A stretch of 64,000 nt of DNA, taken from Eledone cirrhosa. Lineage: Eukaryota. The stretch lies in assembly GCA_964016885.1 (NCBI GenBank), contig OZ024748.1:32302001-32366000 (forward strand), in the 5' to 3' direction. Made by a program: the position numbers and the translations under genes. This document shows, piece by piece, positions 1-17,734 of this stretch. The notes beneath the pieces are model-generated. The model saw nothing but the letters and a program-made list of their open reading frames with translations, was not told the DNA's origin and made no database searches. Each line of letters starts with the position of its first letter. Position 1 is the stretch's first letter.

Positions 1-1152
1 GCTTAACCTAAATACGGGACTTATAAGCCCTTTTCACAAGATTAATGAAAACTTAGCATACATCAACTGTAACTCAAACCACCCACTATCCATAATTAAA
101 TCCATTCCACGCAGCCTATCCCTTAGGATCTCCCGCCTCTCGTCTAACCGACAAATCTTCGAAGAACATGCAGAATACTACAATACTGCATTAGACAAGG
201 CAGACCACTTAGATAGAGTAGAATATCAGATGAAAGCCTCCGTAAAACGCACACGAACACGCATAACACAAACTCCGGTAACACACGCACTTACGCATAG
301 AACTACAAAGTATACGGCAAATAGAAATACAACATCGAAATCAAACAAGTCACGCAGTAGAAAATGTATTTGGTATAACCCCATATTTAACACCTCTATT
401 AGTACTAACCTACCCTCTACCCTCTTTAGAATAATAAATAAGCACTTTCCAGATTCACATAGATACAGCAAAATCCTTAGCACTAAATATATTAGACTAT
501 CTTACTCCACGGCACCAAATATAGAGGCACACATTAAGATGCTTAACGCTAAAAAGATACATAACAACACCAAAACACAAATTTACAACAATAACAATAC
601 AATCACCACCGAACACAACAGAATATCTAATACACAACCACCCGCTAATAGGCAAACAAAACGTAACACACTTGTACAGGCATCGCAGCACACAAATAAT
701 GCCAAAGTTGCTCACGACAAGAACTGTAACTGCCACCTACCTGAAACCTGTCCATTACATAATGAATGTATGCAGTCTAACCTGGTTTACCAATGCACAG
801 TGGAATCAGACAACCAGAAATGGTATTACATCGGAGCGACTGGGAATACATTTAAAGCCCGTTGGTATACACACCGTTACGCAATGAAACATTCCCAGCA
901 CCGTTATGTAACTACGCTTGCAAACAAGACCTGGCAACTGAAGGAAAGAAACCATCAATACACCCTGAAGTGGAAAAAATTATGGAACGCGCCCCATATC
1001 GGAGTGGTATGAGAAGCTGTCGATTATGCGACCTTGAGCTGTTCCACATTTTAAGTTCGAAGAATAAGTTACTCAACAATAAAATCGAAAGATCAATTTA
1101 TTATAAACATAGACTCAAAGAGAAGTTTTCGCACTACAAATCGAACCCTTAA
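1..1152 (+). mobile_element. Penelope-like element, 3' part (RT thumb/linker + GIY-YIG endonuclease), Hydra-like, frameshifted near 1010
   Basis: ORF 230-1012 has WYNPIF, KHFP.SH.Y.KI, CNCHLPETCPL..C, LVYQC..WYYIGATGNTFKARW. The frame continues in ORF 862-1152 (CRLCDLE..LLNNKIE). Paralogous to 15430-17320. Confidence 0.9.
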
Positions 1153-1404
1153 CCTCTTACTACCAACTGACAAACTGCATATACTTAGACTTTATACCCT
1201 CTTGTTGTATCTAAACCCTTTTAATTACCCACAAAACCAATACCTATATCCCCCTCTTCTCCCTCATTCCTCTTCTATTTCTTCGTTTTCTTCCTTCCTT
1301 CCCTCCCCTTCTTGGCTATCTTTTCTTTTCTTCTTTCTCACCCCCTTCTTTGCTTTTATTTTTGTCATTATCATCTTTATCTTTATTTTATATATATATA
1401 TATA

Positions 1405-2640
1405 TACATAAACTGGAAACAATCTCCTAATTTGTAGAAAACTTATAATGAAACAATTGTTTGGAAAGAGAGATATATTATAACTTTAATTATATCTCAT
1501 AAAATAATACAACTGGCTTTCCACAAAATACATATAGTTAGCACTCCAAACACTTAAATTGGGTTTATACTAACATATAACCTAATGTTTGTTGAGTGAG
1601 ATGGTTACCAGTCAGAGTTTAGCTTTAAGCTATCTCTGTTATTGTATTAAATATTTTACTCTTGATTGGCCAGAGGTATTTATTTCCAGGTACCTTATAA
1701 ATATGACTTTCCGTATTTATTACTGTTGTGCGATATGATGGTTTTTTGGTTGTTACTTCTCTGTTTTTAGCCTAAGAATATATATATATGCCTGTGTAAA
1801 TAATTACATGCATATTTTTATTTTTTTAAATTAATTGAGTTCTTAACACGTGGAATTGATATTAGTTTTGAAATAACTAATTAGCCCGCGTATATTTAAT
1901 ATTTTACTCTTAATTCGGCCAGAGATTTACATTCCCGATTGCCCTTTAAAGCGTAACTTTCCGTATTTCTACGGTTATGAGTTGCGGTTTGTTATTCAGG
2001 TATGACTTCTGTTTTTAGCCTAAGAAAATATCTATATGCGTGTGTAATTAATACGTGCATGCATTTATTTTTTTAACTTCAATTGAGTTCTTAACACGTT
2101 GGATTGATAATGTTTTTGAAAAAACTAATTAACCCGCGTGAATATTATTTTTTCTTTTCTCGTGTATTGGTTGTCTCCCCTTCCCGCTTCGTGATGCTAT
2201 AATACTTCCTCAGTCAAAAACTGCTGGAATTTCAAATTTGGCGGTCATTCGATGCGTGAGGGAGCAGCTTAGCAGACACGATTTTTAACTGCGGTAAGAA
2301 TTTTTTCTTATATCAAAGTTTAATGGGCTTCCACTGATGATTTATAAGCCCCCACCTAAATATATTCTTACATGAATATATGTTAGGCATCTACATAAAC
2401 TGGAAACAATCTCCTAATTTGTAGAAAACTTATAATGAAACAATTGTTTGGAAAGAGAGATATATTATAACTTTAGTTATATCTCATAAAATAATACAAC
2501 TGGCTTTCCACAAAATACATATAGTTAGCACCCCAAACACTTAAATTGGGTTTATACTAACATATAACCTAATGTTTGTTGAGTGAGATGGTTACCAGTC
2601 AGAGTTTAGCTTTAAGCTATCTCTGTTATTGTATTAAATA
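1405..2640 (+). repeat. ~990-bp non-coding unit with terminal direct repeat (1405-1650 = 2392-2640), internal ~240-bp tandem duplication and a hammerhead; PLE pseudo-LTR/retrozyme-like
   Basis: TACATAAACTGGAAACAATCTCC... occurs at 1405 and 2392. 1650-1890 resembles 1895-2140. Flanked by (TA)n. Confidence 0.75.
2329..2453 (+). ncRNA. type-I hammerhead ribozyme with ~96-nt branched stem II
   Basis: TTCCA-CTGATGA-T TTATAAG...CTTATAA T-GAAA-CAATTG-TT-TGGAA. Stem I is 5 bp and loop III is palindromic. Confidence 0.8.
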
Positions 2641-2974
2641 ATTATATATATATATATTTATCTCTTTATATCTCCCCCTCTCTCTCTCTCCCTCTCTATC
2701 CATCCCTCCCACTATGATCAATTTAATTCTCTTTAACTCACTACATTCCACGACATGAAGTCTGCTATCAAAACTGACCAAGGAATCCTTCCACCTCTAC
2801 CCCTCCCTCCATCTCAGTTTGTCACTCTACTTCCTACCTCTTCCCCCTTCCTCTCTCTCTATACTATTCCGTTTGTCCCCTCACCTTCTGATTCCTCTCT
2901 CTCTATACTAGTAAATACAATTCCAAATAAATGTTTTTCTCTATATATTAAGAATTATTTCAAGAGTAACTTAC

Positions 2975-3076
2975 TATTTTGAAAATTTGGACTGTGAACA
3001 ACAATTATAATTGAGTGGCTGCTATTTGCAGTATAGCAATATAAGTTTGCACTTACCAATGAAACGGTCGTAAATA
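2975..3076 (+). ncRNA. decayed hammerhead motif with long stem II
   Basis: TATT-TTGAAAA (CTGAAGA with 2 changes)-TTTGG...CCAAT-GAAA-CGGTCG-TA-AATA. Confidence 0.4.
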
Positions 3077-3554
3077 CCTGGATAAAATCTTTCTCTTAAT
3101 GCTTACCTGTGTTTTCTCTTTTATACTTTATACTCCAAGATTGAACGGAATTCTTACAAACTTGTGGAGTTACCCCTAACCGTACGTTTCTTAACCAAGA
3201 ACTGGATCACAATAAGCAATTTTTTGCTTCTCTAACTATATATATGTAGTGACCTACATTCCGCGGGCTCACATACATTCTCTGTGCGTGATTTGGCTCA
3301 GCTCAGCCAATCAACGCCAGTAGAAGAGGATGTATCCCTACGCGCCCCGAGGGAGAAATTCCCCGCGAAGATTTGAAGAATCTCTCTCTCGCACCCGGAA
3401 CTTCGAACCAGTAACACGTACAACATGTGACGGTGAGATTTTGCGCTTTGGCCTGCCGGCTTTCCGGCACAATGGCACATTCCCTTTTGTAACCTCATTT
3501 TATGTGTAACTTCAACCATACAAGTTAACAAACATTATTTGTGCTACATCACAA

Positions 3555-3745
3555 GGGTGGTTGATTGGCAGTATCGGTAGAGGGTTGGACGCCATGCTTT
3601 CTAGCATAGTTACGTCCCTTTATGATCTGAGTTCAAATTCCGCCGAGGTTAATTTAGCCTTTCATCCTTACGGGGTCGATAAAATAAAGTACCAGTAATG
3701 TACTGGGTATGTGCTGGCCTTGTGTCTAAAGTAGAAACAATTATT
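3555..3745 (+). mobile_element. tRNA-derived SINE (family A) inside the LTR; partial copy in the 3' LTR at ~5513-5645
   Basis: A box TGGCAGTATCGG and B box GAGTTCAAATTCC. Body GCCTTTCATCCTTACGGGGTCGATAAAATAAAGTACCAGT recurs at 36418-36605 and 47745-47842. Flanked by an ATTATTTGTGCTACA duplication. Confidence 0.8.
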
Positions 3746-3852
3746 TGTGCTACAACAAAAATAAACATACATTTCATCTCTAATTTCTGCTGTTGACATC
3801 ATTATTATGTTACTCGTGTCTCAATAACATTTATATACTATGCTGCTAAAAG

Positions 3853-3870
3853 TGGTGCCCCCGACGTGAT
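3853..3870 (+). promoter_or_regulatory. primer-binding site complementary to tRNA-Trp 3' end
   Basis: TGGTGCCCCCGACGTGAT versus TGGTGACCCCGACGTGAT (1 mismatch), 2 nt after the 5' LTR. Confidence 0.75.
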
Positions 3871-5751
3871 GAATATTTTCAGTTCAAAATGTTCCTTTTG
3901 AAATGAGATTAAAATTGGCAGTGTATGTAAAAAAAAAAAAAAATTTATGCCACGAGGAAATTTCAAAACGGCTACTACCAAGTACTTCTCTACTACCAGC
4001 CATCAGCAGCAACACATGGCTAACCAACACCAGAGAATGGTGATGTGGCAGCTTGTAACTTTACCGACGCAACCACCATACCTTCTGTCTCGTTACCACA
4101 AGGACTCGAGAAATTAAGACATCAGTCTTCTCACCACTATGGCGTCAGACGTGGCTGCCATATTGGTGACTCTAGTTTCTTCAACGCTCGACTTCGATTC
4201 TACAGAAGATTCATTGTGACTTTGCTTTAACAACAACAACAACTCTACTAGCTCCCTAGTAACAGCGATCCCAAAGAAAAGAAAAGCGAACTTTTTGTTA
4301 AAAGAAAAGAAACAATTCTTTCTTTCTTCCTTTTTTTTTCAGGCATTTATTTTGGACATTTATTTTTTTTAAACTGTATTATATGGAAATTCATTTTTTT
4401 CTATCATTGTATATATGACTGCATCATTTTCTTTATCATTGTATATATGACTGCACCCACATATTTATTTGCTGTATTACATGCCTTCATATGCACACAT
4501 TTCTTTGTCACCCACCAACATGTTGTTCTTAGTATATGTTCTTCAAACGTAATATTCTGCGAGATCCCTTTTCACCTGGTTGAGGTGCCGTCACATGCTA
4601 GCGACTCATAGAGCTTAATTCACCTGGATTCAAACAGGCACCGCAACACGAGAATGCTAATTGCAACTGAACTCAAACAGTTTCGCATCTCGTTGCACAC
4701 TCATCGTCCATAACAACCTCCATCTTGTTACCTTACCCGACTCACTGGGAAAACAACAAATAGAACTGGACTTGTCAGCATTTCCACCACTGCTGTGGAT
4801 TCGCCGGAATTATGGAATTTACACTGCAACTACTACCCACCTACAGATTCAACTTGCTTTTTTCTTTTCAAAGCAACCAGCCATTTTTTCCTGGTTCCCT
4901 AGCACTTTCGGCAATACATCTGGGAGGCCCACATTTTCTCGCCTACCCATCATCTTCTTGCCAGCACTGGTAAACTACCATAATAGCTTCATCCACAGCT
5001 ACTGATACAACACTTACCATTAACATTTAATGCAAGAACAGCAACTTCGCCCATGTCAGACTTTATCCGTTTTCTGTTAGACCTTTGGTGGTCACGTATA
5101 AACTACAAAACAGCTAGTCATTTGACACAGCGGCTCAACACGGCCCTTAGCGCCTCGTTTTTTTTTCTTGCATGTATCCTTCTGCTCAATTATTTTTTCA
5201 CTGATGTGTTCTTTCAGCATTTTTTCTTGTTGATTCAATAATCTGTATCGTCTTCCGTCTAGAGGGTGAGTATGGTAGTGACCTACATTCGGCGGGCTCA
5301 TATACATTCTCTGTGCGTGATTTGGCTCAGCTCAGCAGTAGAAGAGGATGTATCCCTACGCGCCCTGAGGGAGAAATTCCCCGCGAAGATTTGAAGAATC
5401 TCTCTCTCGCACCCGGAAGTTCGAACCAGTAACACATACATGTGACGGTGAGATTTTGCACTTTGGCCTGCCGGCTTTCCGGCACAATGGCACATTCCCT
5501 TTTGTAACCTCAGTTACGTCCCTTTATGATCTGAGTTCAAATCCCGTCGAGGTTAACTTTGCCTTTCATCCTTACGGGGTCGATAAAATAAAGCACCAGT
5601 ATTACACTGGGATAATTGCTGGCCTTGTGCCAAAAGTAGAAACAATTATTTGTGCTACAACAAAAATAAACATACATTTCATCTCTAATTTCTGCTGTTG
5701 ACATCATTATTATGTTACTCGTGTCTCAATAACATTTATATACTATGCTGC

Positions 5752-9020
<3,269 letters not shown>

Positions 9021-9186
9021 ATATATATATAGGTATATATATATTTAAAGGTTAAACAAGGTTCAATGAATAAATCAAAGAATGAGTTTTACAATAGTTT
9101 GGAAGCACTCAACAAAAATGGTTTTCCGGAGTTATTAATATTAATTCAAAATATTTACAAAAATAGACATTCGTGTGATCAAGTAT

Positions 9187-9251
9187 ATTTTATTACACAT
9201 ATTTCAGAAGTACTGAGCTATCTTCAACAGTACGTCCTCATCAGATAAAAT
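9187..9251 (-). ncRNA. minimal type-I hammerhead ribozyme
   Basis: ATTTTAT-CTGATGA-GGACGTACTG..CAGTACTTCT-GAAA-TATGTG-TA-ATAAAAT. Confidence 0.7.
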
Positions 9252-9347
9252 AAGATGATGCATGACATACCCTGACTTAGTAGATGGTTAAGATTCAGTT
9301 AAGATTCATAACCATCTACTAAGTCAGGGTATGTCATGCATCATCTT

Positions 9348-9412
9348 ATTTTATCTGATGAGGACGTACTGTTGAAGATAGCTCAGTACCTCTGAAATAA
9401 GTATAATAAAAT
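9348..9412 (+). ncRNA. minimal type-I hammerhead ribozyme
   Basis: ATTTTAT-CTGATGA-GGACGTACTG..CAGTACCTCT-GAAA-TAAGTA-TA-ATAAAAT. Confidence 0.7.
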
Positions 9413-9539
9413 ATACTTGATCACACGAATGTCTATTTTTGTTAATATTTTGAATTAATATAGGTATATATATATAGATATGTTTCTTTATTAGCCACAG
9501 GGGAACAAAAGAAGGGGACAAATACAAAGGGGGAAGTAT

Positions 9540-10541
9540 AGACGGGTGTGTATGATTGTGTGTAGAAGATTATATTAATAAAAGGAATTCCAACTTTGTC
9601 TGATTTACTCGTTTTATTTACAATCCTTTAAAATTTATAATGGTATTAGAATGAAATTGTATGGTAGAATATTAAATGTTAAGTGTTAATTGAACAAGTA
9701 CTTTCATGCTTTCGCAATCTTCATGTTCATAACGTGTGGTGACAGTCAAGTTTGCAATTTTCAACTGTAATGAGATGGGTAAATTTTGTGCCTTATATAC
9801 AGTGAAAAATGGCTCCAGAATGCTAAATCTTGCAAACTGTATTTCGACCAATCGGTGTGTAGTTTCACTGGATTACTAAAGCTGATTGGTTTAGGCGTCA
9901 CGGTTGGTTGAGCATGTCTAACGACTACTAATTGACCCTATCCAAAGCATCAATTGTTTTGCTATTTTTAGAAATTATGAAAATAGCATTTTCTAGTAAT
10001 CATCACCATCAACATCACTTTTATTATTATTATTATTATTGTTATTGTTAGTGGTCGTAGTCATAGTCATAGTAGGATTAATACCCCATTATTATTGTTC
10101 ATTTAGCTTGGGTTTGAATTTATCAATAACATTCTTTTCTTTGATTTTTCTCTTGATTTCACTTGGTCTGTGTAATTTGTAGAATGGGAATATTATAAAT
10201 ATTCCCTGACCACATGTTGATAGATAGTTACTTAGGGGTATCTGACGGACATTTGGGTCTCTGATTTGCTGTCGGTGTACCCGTGCACGTTCCGATAGTA
10301 CATTTCCAGTTTGACCGACATATAGTTCTTCACAATTCAGGCATTTAATTCAGTAAATTAGATTTCTGCTTTCGCAGTTCATATTTGCATTTGGAAATAT
10401 TTTTCCAGTTTTTGTTTTCATATATTGACCGGCGTGTATGGATTGACATGTGCCACATCGACTATCATTGCATTTAGATACAGTGAATGATTGGTCTTTG
10501 TTGTTAAGGTCAAACTTTGCTTTTATTAGTAATTGCTTCAC
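9540..10541 (-). mobile_element. PLE (Neptune-like) 3' end: GIY-YIG + 3' UTR with mutated hammerhead (9691-9729)
   Basis: CNDSRCGTC..NLIY*IKCLNCEELYVGQTG..R..H..KPKLN. Same family as 17735-18840. HHR core CTGAAGA is changed to ATGAAGA. Confidence 0.9.
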
Positions 10542-10544
10542 ATT

Positions 10545-11384
10545 TTTCGGCTGTCTTTAGACCACAACATCATGAAGAAGATCAACAACCTGGCTTCAAA
10601 ATACCACAACTCACTTACTGATAAGGAAAGTGACTACATCACCAATTTTGAGCCAAAACCCAGCAACCTGTATGGCCTACCGAAAGTTCATAAGTCAAAA
10701 GAAATACAACTGGCAGTAAGAGAACAAAACAGTGAGTACATTAAATTACTACACCCAAAAGACTTAAAACTTAAACCTATTATAGCTGGTCCAACATGCC
10801 CCACTCACCGTCTAAGCAATTTTGTTGACATTATTTTGAAACCACTATGTATTCACATACGCAGTTTCATCCGGGATGATATCGACTTCCTGTCCCATCT
10901 TCCCAAAACCACGGAAACGAATTCACTTCTACTTAGTTTTGATGTGGTAAGCCAACATTACACATGATTTAGGAATAAAGGCGATTAAATACTGGGTGGA
11001 AAAACATAGAGAAGTGATTCCCATCAGATTCACAGCGCCATTTATATTAGACGCAGTTAAACTTATTCTGGAAAACAACACTTTCTTCTTCAATTGAAAG
11101 AATTACATCCAAATTAGAGGCACAGCGATGGTAACGAAGTTTGCTCCCGTTTACGCGAACTCTGTAATGGGATACTTAGAACAACAACTCTACCAAGAAA
11201 TAGAGGAAAAATATCGTACTGACTTTAGAAAGTTCATTGAAAAATCTTGGAAGAGATACCTTGACGACTGTTTCATCATCTGGACAGAATCTCTAAATAC
11301 TCTGGATGAGTTCAATATCCTCCTGAATAACCTACACCCATCTCTCCAATTCACAAAAGAGATGAGTAGTACCAAATTACCATT

Positions 11385-11390
<6 letters not shown>
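10545..11390 (+). pseudogene. PLE reverse transcriptase fragment, joined head-to-head to the minus-strand 3' end
   Basis: [57 protein letters not shown]. Contains frameshifts and a stop. Confidence 0.9.
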
Positions 11391-11418
<28 letters not shown>

Positions 11419-11445
11419 AATATATATATATAGGTATATATATAT

Positions 11446-11516
<71 letters not shown>

Positions 11517-11564
11517 TATATATATATATAATAGGTATATATATAAATATATATATATATATAC

Positions 11565-11660
<96 letters not shown>

Positions 11661-11808
11661 GTATATATATATATATATAAATATATATATATATATTTGT
11701 GTGTGTGTGTGTGTATGGATATAGGTATATATATATATATATATATATACACAGGTATATATATATATAAATATATATATATATTTGTGTGTGTGTGTGT
11801 ATGGATAT

Positions 11809-11870
<62 letters not shown>
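11388..11870. repeat. (TA)n microsatellite with interspersed CAGG/GTGT units; one of more than 40 (TA)n tracts (e.g. 5756-5870, 13232-13440, 15150-15425, 60105-60384)
   Basis: Direct reading. These tracts produce all the YIYIYI ORFs. Confidence 0.98.
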
Positions 11871-11872
<2 letters not shown>

Positions 11873-12099
11873 ATTAACGAGAATCGCATTTCGGCTATTG
11901 GAAATTAGCGAAAGACACCTTCCGAGATATCAAGCAAGCGCTCCTTAGATGCTAGTGTACTACAGCAACAACGTAAGTTAAAAGGCCAAACACACTGAGA
12001 TGATGGTTAAACCATTATCCGCACAGCCATAGAAACGACCAAGCAATTCGGGTCAAACAAATAATAAAATATATATATATACATATATATATATACATA

Positions 12100-12383
12100 T
12101 ACTTGGGGAGGGTCATAAATAATAACACTGTTTGGTTTGTTTTCGCTTCTGAATCTGTTATATCTACATAGTTAATTTATTTGGCAATCAAAGAATTTGA
12201 TAGACTATATATATTTGTATCTGTATTTTTAACCGTTGGTCAATCAATCATAAACCTCGATTGCCAAATAAATAAAGTATGGAGATATAAAAGATACAGA
12301 AGCGAAAACCAACCAAACAGCGGAGTCTGTTCCGTTATTAATTCTGGCAATATTATTACAACAATATGACCCTCCCCAAGTAT

Positions 12384-12392
<9 letters not shown>
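12100..12392. repeat. short fold-back of a PLE 3' terminus (ATGACCCTCCCCAAGTATAACAAT family)
   Basis: ACTTGGGGAGGGTCATA at ~12101 is inverted relative to TATGACCCTCCCCAAGT at ~12365. Homologous to 14660-14840. Confidence 0.75.
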
Positions 12393-12431
<39 letters not shown>

Positions 12432-12659
12432 TAATCGAGAATCGGAATTTCAACCCACGAAATCACAATAAACAATATCCGATATGTGTGGCAGAGGGCT
12501 CAATAATTTGGAAAAATCAGAGCTATAACTATCGTTAAAATACCAACACATAGAGGTCATGCCTAAAATCACCCATGCAGCCGAAAATAAACGACCAGGA
12601 TTATTCGGGTCACTCAAATAAAATATCAATAAATTAATAAATTAAATGAATGTAAAACT

Positions 12660-12733
<74 letters not shown>

Positions 12734-12941
12734 CATATATATATACACACACATATATATATATATATATATACACACACATATATATATACACATAGTG
12801 AAATAAGATAACAAGGATGTTTATTAGTTGTTGACGCGCGTTTCGACACTGATCAGCTCAAGGTGCGACCTGTATCGATCTGACCCAACTCTGTAATCCC
12901 TGGATATATATATATACACACACACATATATATATATATAT

Positions 12942-13447
<506 letters not shown>

Positions 13448-13454
13448 CACATGT

Positions 13455-13603
13455 TTAGAATTTCTAATCTAGTTCAGTCGTCATAGATTCAGCTATGGGA
13501 GTTAGAACCTCTGCGTATAGAAGTTACCATGGGCAGCCGGTCTTAAACTCCTCCGCTATAGCCTGAAGGGCAATGATAAACAGAAGGGGGCTAAGGACAG
13601 AGC

Positions 13604-13605
<2 letters not shown>
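13455..13605 (-). pseudogene. short RTE-type RT fragment
   Basis: Translates [31 protein letters not shown]. Homologous to 63460-63590. Confidence 0.75.
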
Positions 13606-13656
<51 letters not shown>

Positions 13657-13669
13657 CATATATATATAC

Positions 13670-13702
<33 letters not shown>

Positions 13703-13714
13703 CATATATATATG

Positions 13715-14834
13715 GAATACCTTAGATAGGGCTAGACATAAGATAGGGAAAGCTACCTCATTGTACGACAACCAGAGATACCAGAGTGTCATGTTTGTGG
13801 ACGTTAACCCTGGAAGGAAATTAGCTAACAAGTGTAGAAAGGCCCTGAGAAAGACCCACTTAAAGATTAAGGTGGTAGAAAAGCCAGGAACCACCATAAA
13901 ATCCCTGATCAGCAAAACCTACCCTTTTAAGAAAACCCACTGTACTAATAGGAAATGTATCATATGTAAGGTAAACCCCCGGATAAACTGTAAAACTAGA
14001 AACGTAGTCTATAGCATAAGTCGTACAGAGGGTACTTGCAGAAACATGACAACAACATACATAGGCGAGACAGCTCGTAGCATAGGTGAAAGGATAGACC
14101 AACACTGGGGGGAACTAAAAGGACGAAAAAACGGGTCAGTACTATACGAACATGCCAGACAACAACACGACGGTAACATAGACAACATAGAAATTAGAAT
14201 AATATCTAAACATAGAAATGACCCAGCAGATAGGCAAATCAGAGAGGCCAGTGAAATAGAACTTAGAAGGCCAGGGCTAAACAGAAAGAATGAATGGAAT
14301 AACAACAACACCCAAACAAACAACACTGACCTAAGAGAAGTATAAATAAATAAATAAATAAATAAATACATACACAAGCACAATAATAACAAACACATAT
14401 AAACACACACTAGTAAAGATAGAATACATTAACCAATACACAGTCACCCAATCACGAACACACATCAAACAAACCACTATACACACACGCAAACGCATGC
14501 GCAAAGAAGACAAAATAAAATAAACAAATAAATAAATATATAAACAGACTAAATAAAGATGGCGTAGAAAATACAATGTAACGGGAGGAAACAATAGCAC
14601 CACTGACGATGTTGCAGATGTGCAACGAAAGAACTTTGATAAACTATATATATTGGTTTGTGTGTATATTGTATCTGTATTATTTTTTACCGTTGGTCAG
14701 TCAATGGCAACATTGAAGACTGAATAAATTAGATTACCGATATAAAAGACACAGAAGCGAAAACCAACCAAACAGTGAGTGTGTTCTGTTATTAATTCTG
14801 GCAATATTACACAAATATGACCCTCCCCAAGTAT

Positions 14835-14840
<6 letters not shown>
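13715..14840 (+). mobile_element. PLE 3' fragment: GIY-YIG ORF 13761-14345 plus 3' UTR with hammerhead
   Basis: [46 protein letters not shown]. Sister family of 28352-30547. Confidence 0.9.
14599..14640 (+). ncRNA. minimal hammerhead ribozyme
   Basis: ACCA-CTGACGA-T-GTTGCA GATG TGCAAC-GAAA-GAAC-TT-TGAT. Confidence 0.7.
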
Positions 14841-15329
<489 letters not shown>

Positions 15330-15344
15330 TGTATATATACATAC

Positions 15345-15421
<77 letters not shown>

Positions 15422-15429
15422 TATACATA

Positions 15430-17420
15430 AAAAATATAGAAAAACGAATGAAGTAAATCTTAAGCACATCAATGATGAGGCATGCGAAATAGTGAAAAAT
15501 CTCGGAATCGAGGATAGGACAGGACCACTCTTACCGGCGGTACCCACCTTCAATCTGAAGGACCATAAGGTAAACTTTGATAATGATCCTAAAATTAGAT
15601 TAATCTGCCCCTCTAAATCAGATATAGGTAAAATAAGCAAATATATCTTAGATAGAATCATCCCCCAAATTAAGGCTAAGGTTAACATTAAACTCTGGGG
15701 GAAGACCCAAGAAGCAATAAGATGGTTTAATAGCATTAGCAATAAGAATAAATCTAAGTTTATCCAGTTTGATATCGACGAATATTACTCATCGATATCA
15801 CCTGAAACTCTGAATAGAGCCATTAAGTTTGCTAAGGATAACTCTGACCTTACAAACGATGAAATTAAGATTATATTAGAAGCTAGGAAAACTATAGTCA
15901 AATTTGAGAACAGTTATTGGGTTCGTAAAGATAGACCCTCTAACTTTGACATAACAATGGGCTCTAACGATTCGGCGGAAATAACTGATATTGTAGGGTT
16001 ATTTATCGCCTTTAGACTCCAGGAAAAATTCAGTAATCTCCACGGTGGAATATACCGCGACGATGTTCTCCTCCTAGTTAAAAACCTAAATAACCAAAAA
16101 CTAGAAAAACTACGCAAGGATATAAGAAAACTACTACTCGAAATAGGACTAACTATAACATATGAATACAACCTTAAAGTAGTTAACTTCCTGGATGTCA
16201 CACTCAATTTAAACTCTGGTCTGATTAAACCGTTTCATAAATTGAATGAAAATCTGAAGTACGTAAATGTTGGGTCTAACCACCCCATCTCTATAATTAA
16301 ATCTATCCCTAAAAATATTTCCCTTAGAATCTCGGGTCTATCTTCTCACATCCAAGTATTTAAGGAACACGCCGAGTACTACGATAACGCCCTTAGTAAA
16401 GCAGGCTACCTCAACAAAATAGAGTATATAGATGAGAACAATCAAAACACCCAAAATAAATCCCACATAGGTAGATATAATAACACAACACCAAACCACA
16501 CTTACTACCATAGTATACACACTAGTAAACCAACAAACAAAACTAATAGAAAGCGATGCAAAGAGTACTTATGGTATAACCCTGAATACAATAGTTCCAT
16601 TAGTACAAATTTACCAGTACTCTTCTTTAAAATAATTAAGAGACATTTTCCTACATCACACAAATACCACAAAATCCTAAACTCTACCACTATAAGACTG
16701 TCATACTCTACAGCGTTAAACCTTGAACAACACATACAAAAGATCAATACTAGAAAGTTAAACGAAAACACTAAAAACTTAAGTACAAAGAACACAAAAA
16801 AATAGTAGACAATACACTACAGAACATAAATAAACCACACCTAAGTTCGTCCGCAATACTACTCCAGAGTAAACCCAACGTACACAACTGTAACTGCACC
16901 TATCCTGACAACTGCCCCCTCGGCAATAACTGCCTGTAAAAAAATATCATTTATAAGTGTACCATTAAATCCGGAGGCAACGAATGGTATTACGTGGGAT
17001 CAACGGCAACATCGTTTAAATCTCGATTATATAGGCATTCTTACTCAATAAAACACCAGAACCAAAGAAATGTAACAACTTTAGCAGAAAAAGCTTGGAC
17101 GCTCAGGGATAGTGATCAAAAGTTTACCCTAAAATGGGAGAAATTAGCTAAAACCCAAAGCTTTTCCAGGAGCCAAAATTTCTGCAAATTGTGTAATCTT
17201 GAGATTTATTACATAATCACACACAAGAAGAAATTGCTTAATAACAGAATTGAACGAACATTATTCTGCCATCACCGAACTAAAACCCTTTTTTCCCACT
17301 ACAAGCTGAATATTACATAAAAGAGGGACATCCCCCAACTATATAAACCTCAATCTAATTAGAAAAATATAAAAACAATCTCTTCTCAACATATATATGT
17401 ATATTAATAACCTTAAATTA
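15430..17420 (+). mobile_element. 5'-truncated PLE (Hydra-like): RT to 16805, GIY-YIG 16870-17320
   Basis: [84 protein letters not shown]. Confidence 0.92.
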
Positions 17421-17599
17421 CCACACTAATAATGGATAGATATGCTGATGAGAATAGGTGCGAATATGCTATAATGAATGTGTCTAAAAGCGACCATATG
17501 TATGTATATATATGTGAAAATGTATATAAATAAGTAAAAATATATAGATATGTTTGATGTGTATAGTTAGATGTATGTGTATTCATGTATTAAAGTGTT

Positions 17600-17633
<34 letters not shown>

Positions 17634-17734
17634 CACATAGACAGGAGTATGTATGTATATATGTGTGTGTCTATACGTGTGTATATAAAGATAACTTGAG
17701 TATGAAAATGTATACACATGAATGCGCATGTCAC

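Larger units (their letters stand above)
9045..9460. repeat. fold-back PLE-terminus insertion (arms 9138-9290 / 9309-9460) carrying two hammerheads
   Basis: Inverted arms are visible by direct reading. The left arm has an extra ~90-nt tail. Confidence 0.85.

Noticed and set aside
11096-11098. TGA in the PLE RT fragment (FN*KNY) as another recoded codon
   Set aside because: It is a single copy at a usual Gly position within a frameshifted fragment, so an ordinary GGA>TGA mutation is sufficient.
11351-11889. Long YIYIYI / ICIY ORFs here and throughout the window
   Set aside because: They are translations of (TA)n/(CA)n microsatellites, not genes.
12828-12860. GAAA-CGCGCG-TC half hammerhead on the minus strand
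   Set aside because: Upstream box reads CTGATCA with no stem II, so it is at most a truncated remnant.
17445-17470. CTGATGA downstream of a PLE (also 39052-39059, and minus strand at 33640 and 34172)
   Set aside because: No matching stem II-GAAA-UH-stem I could be found.
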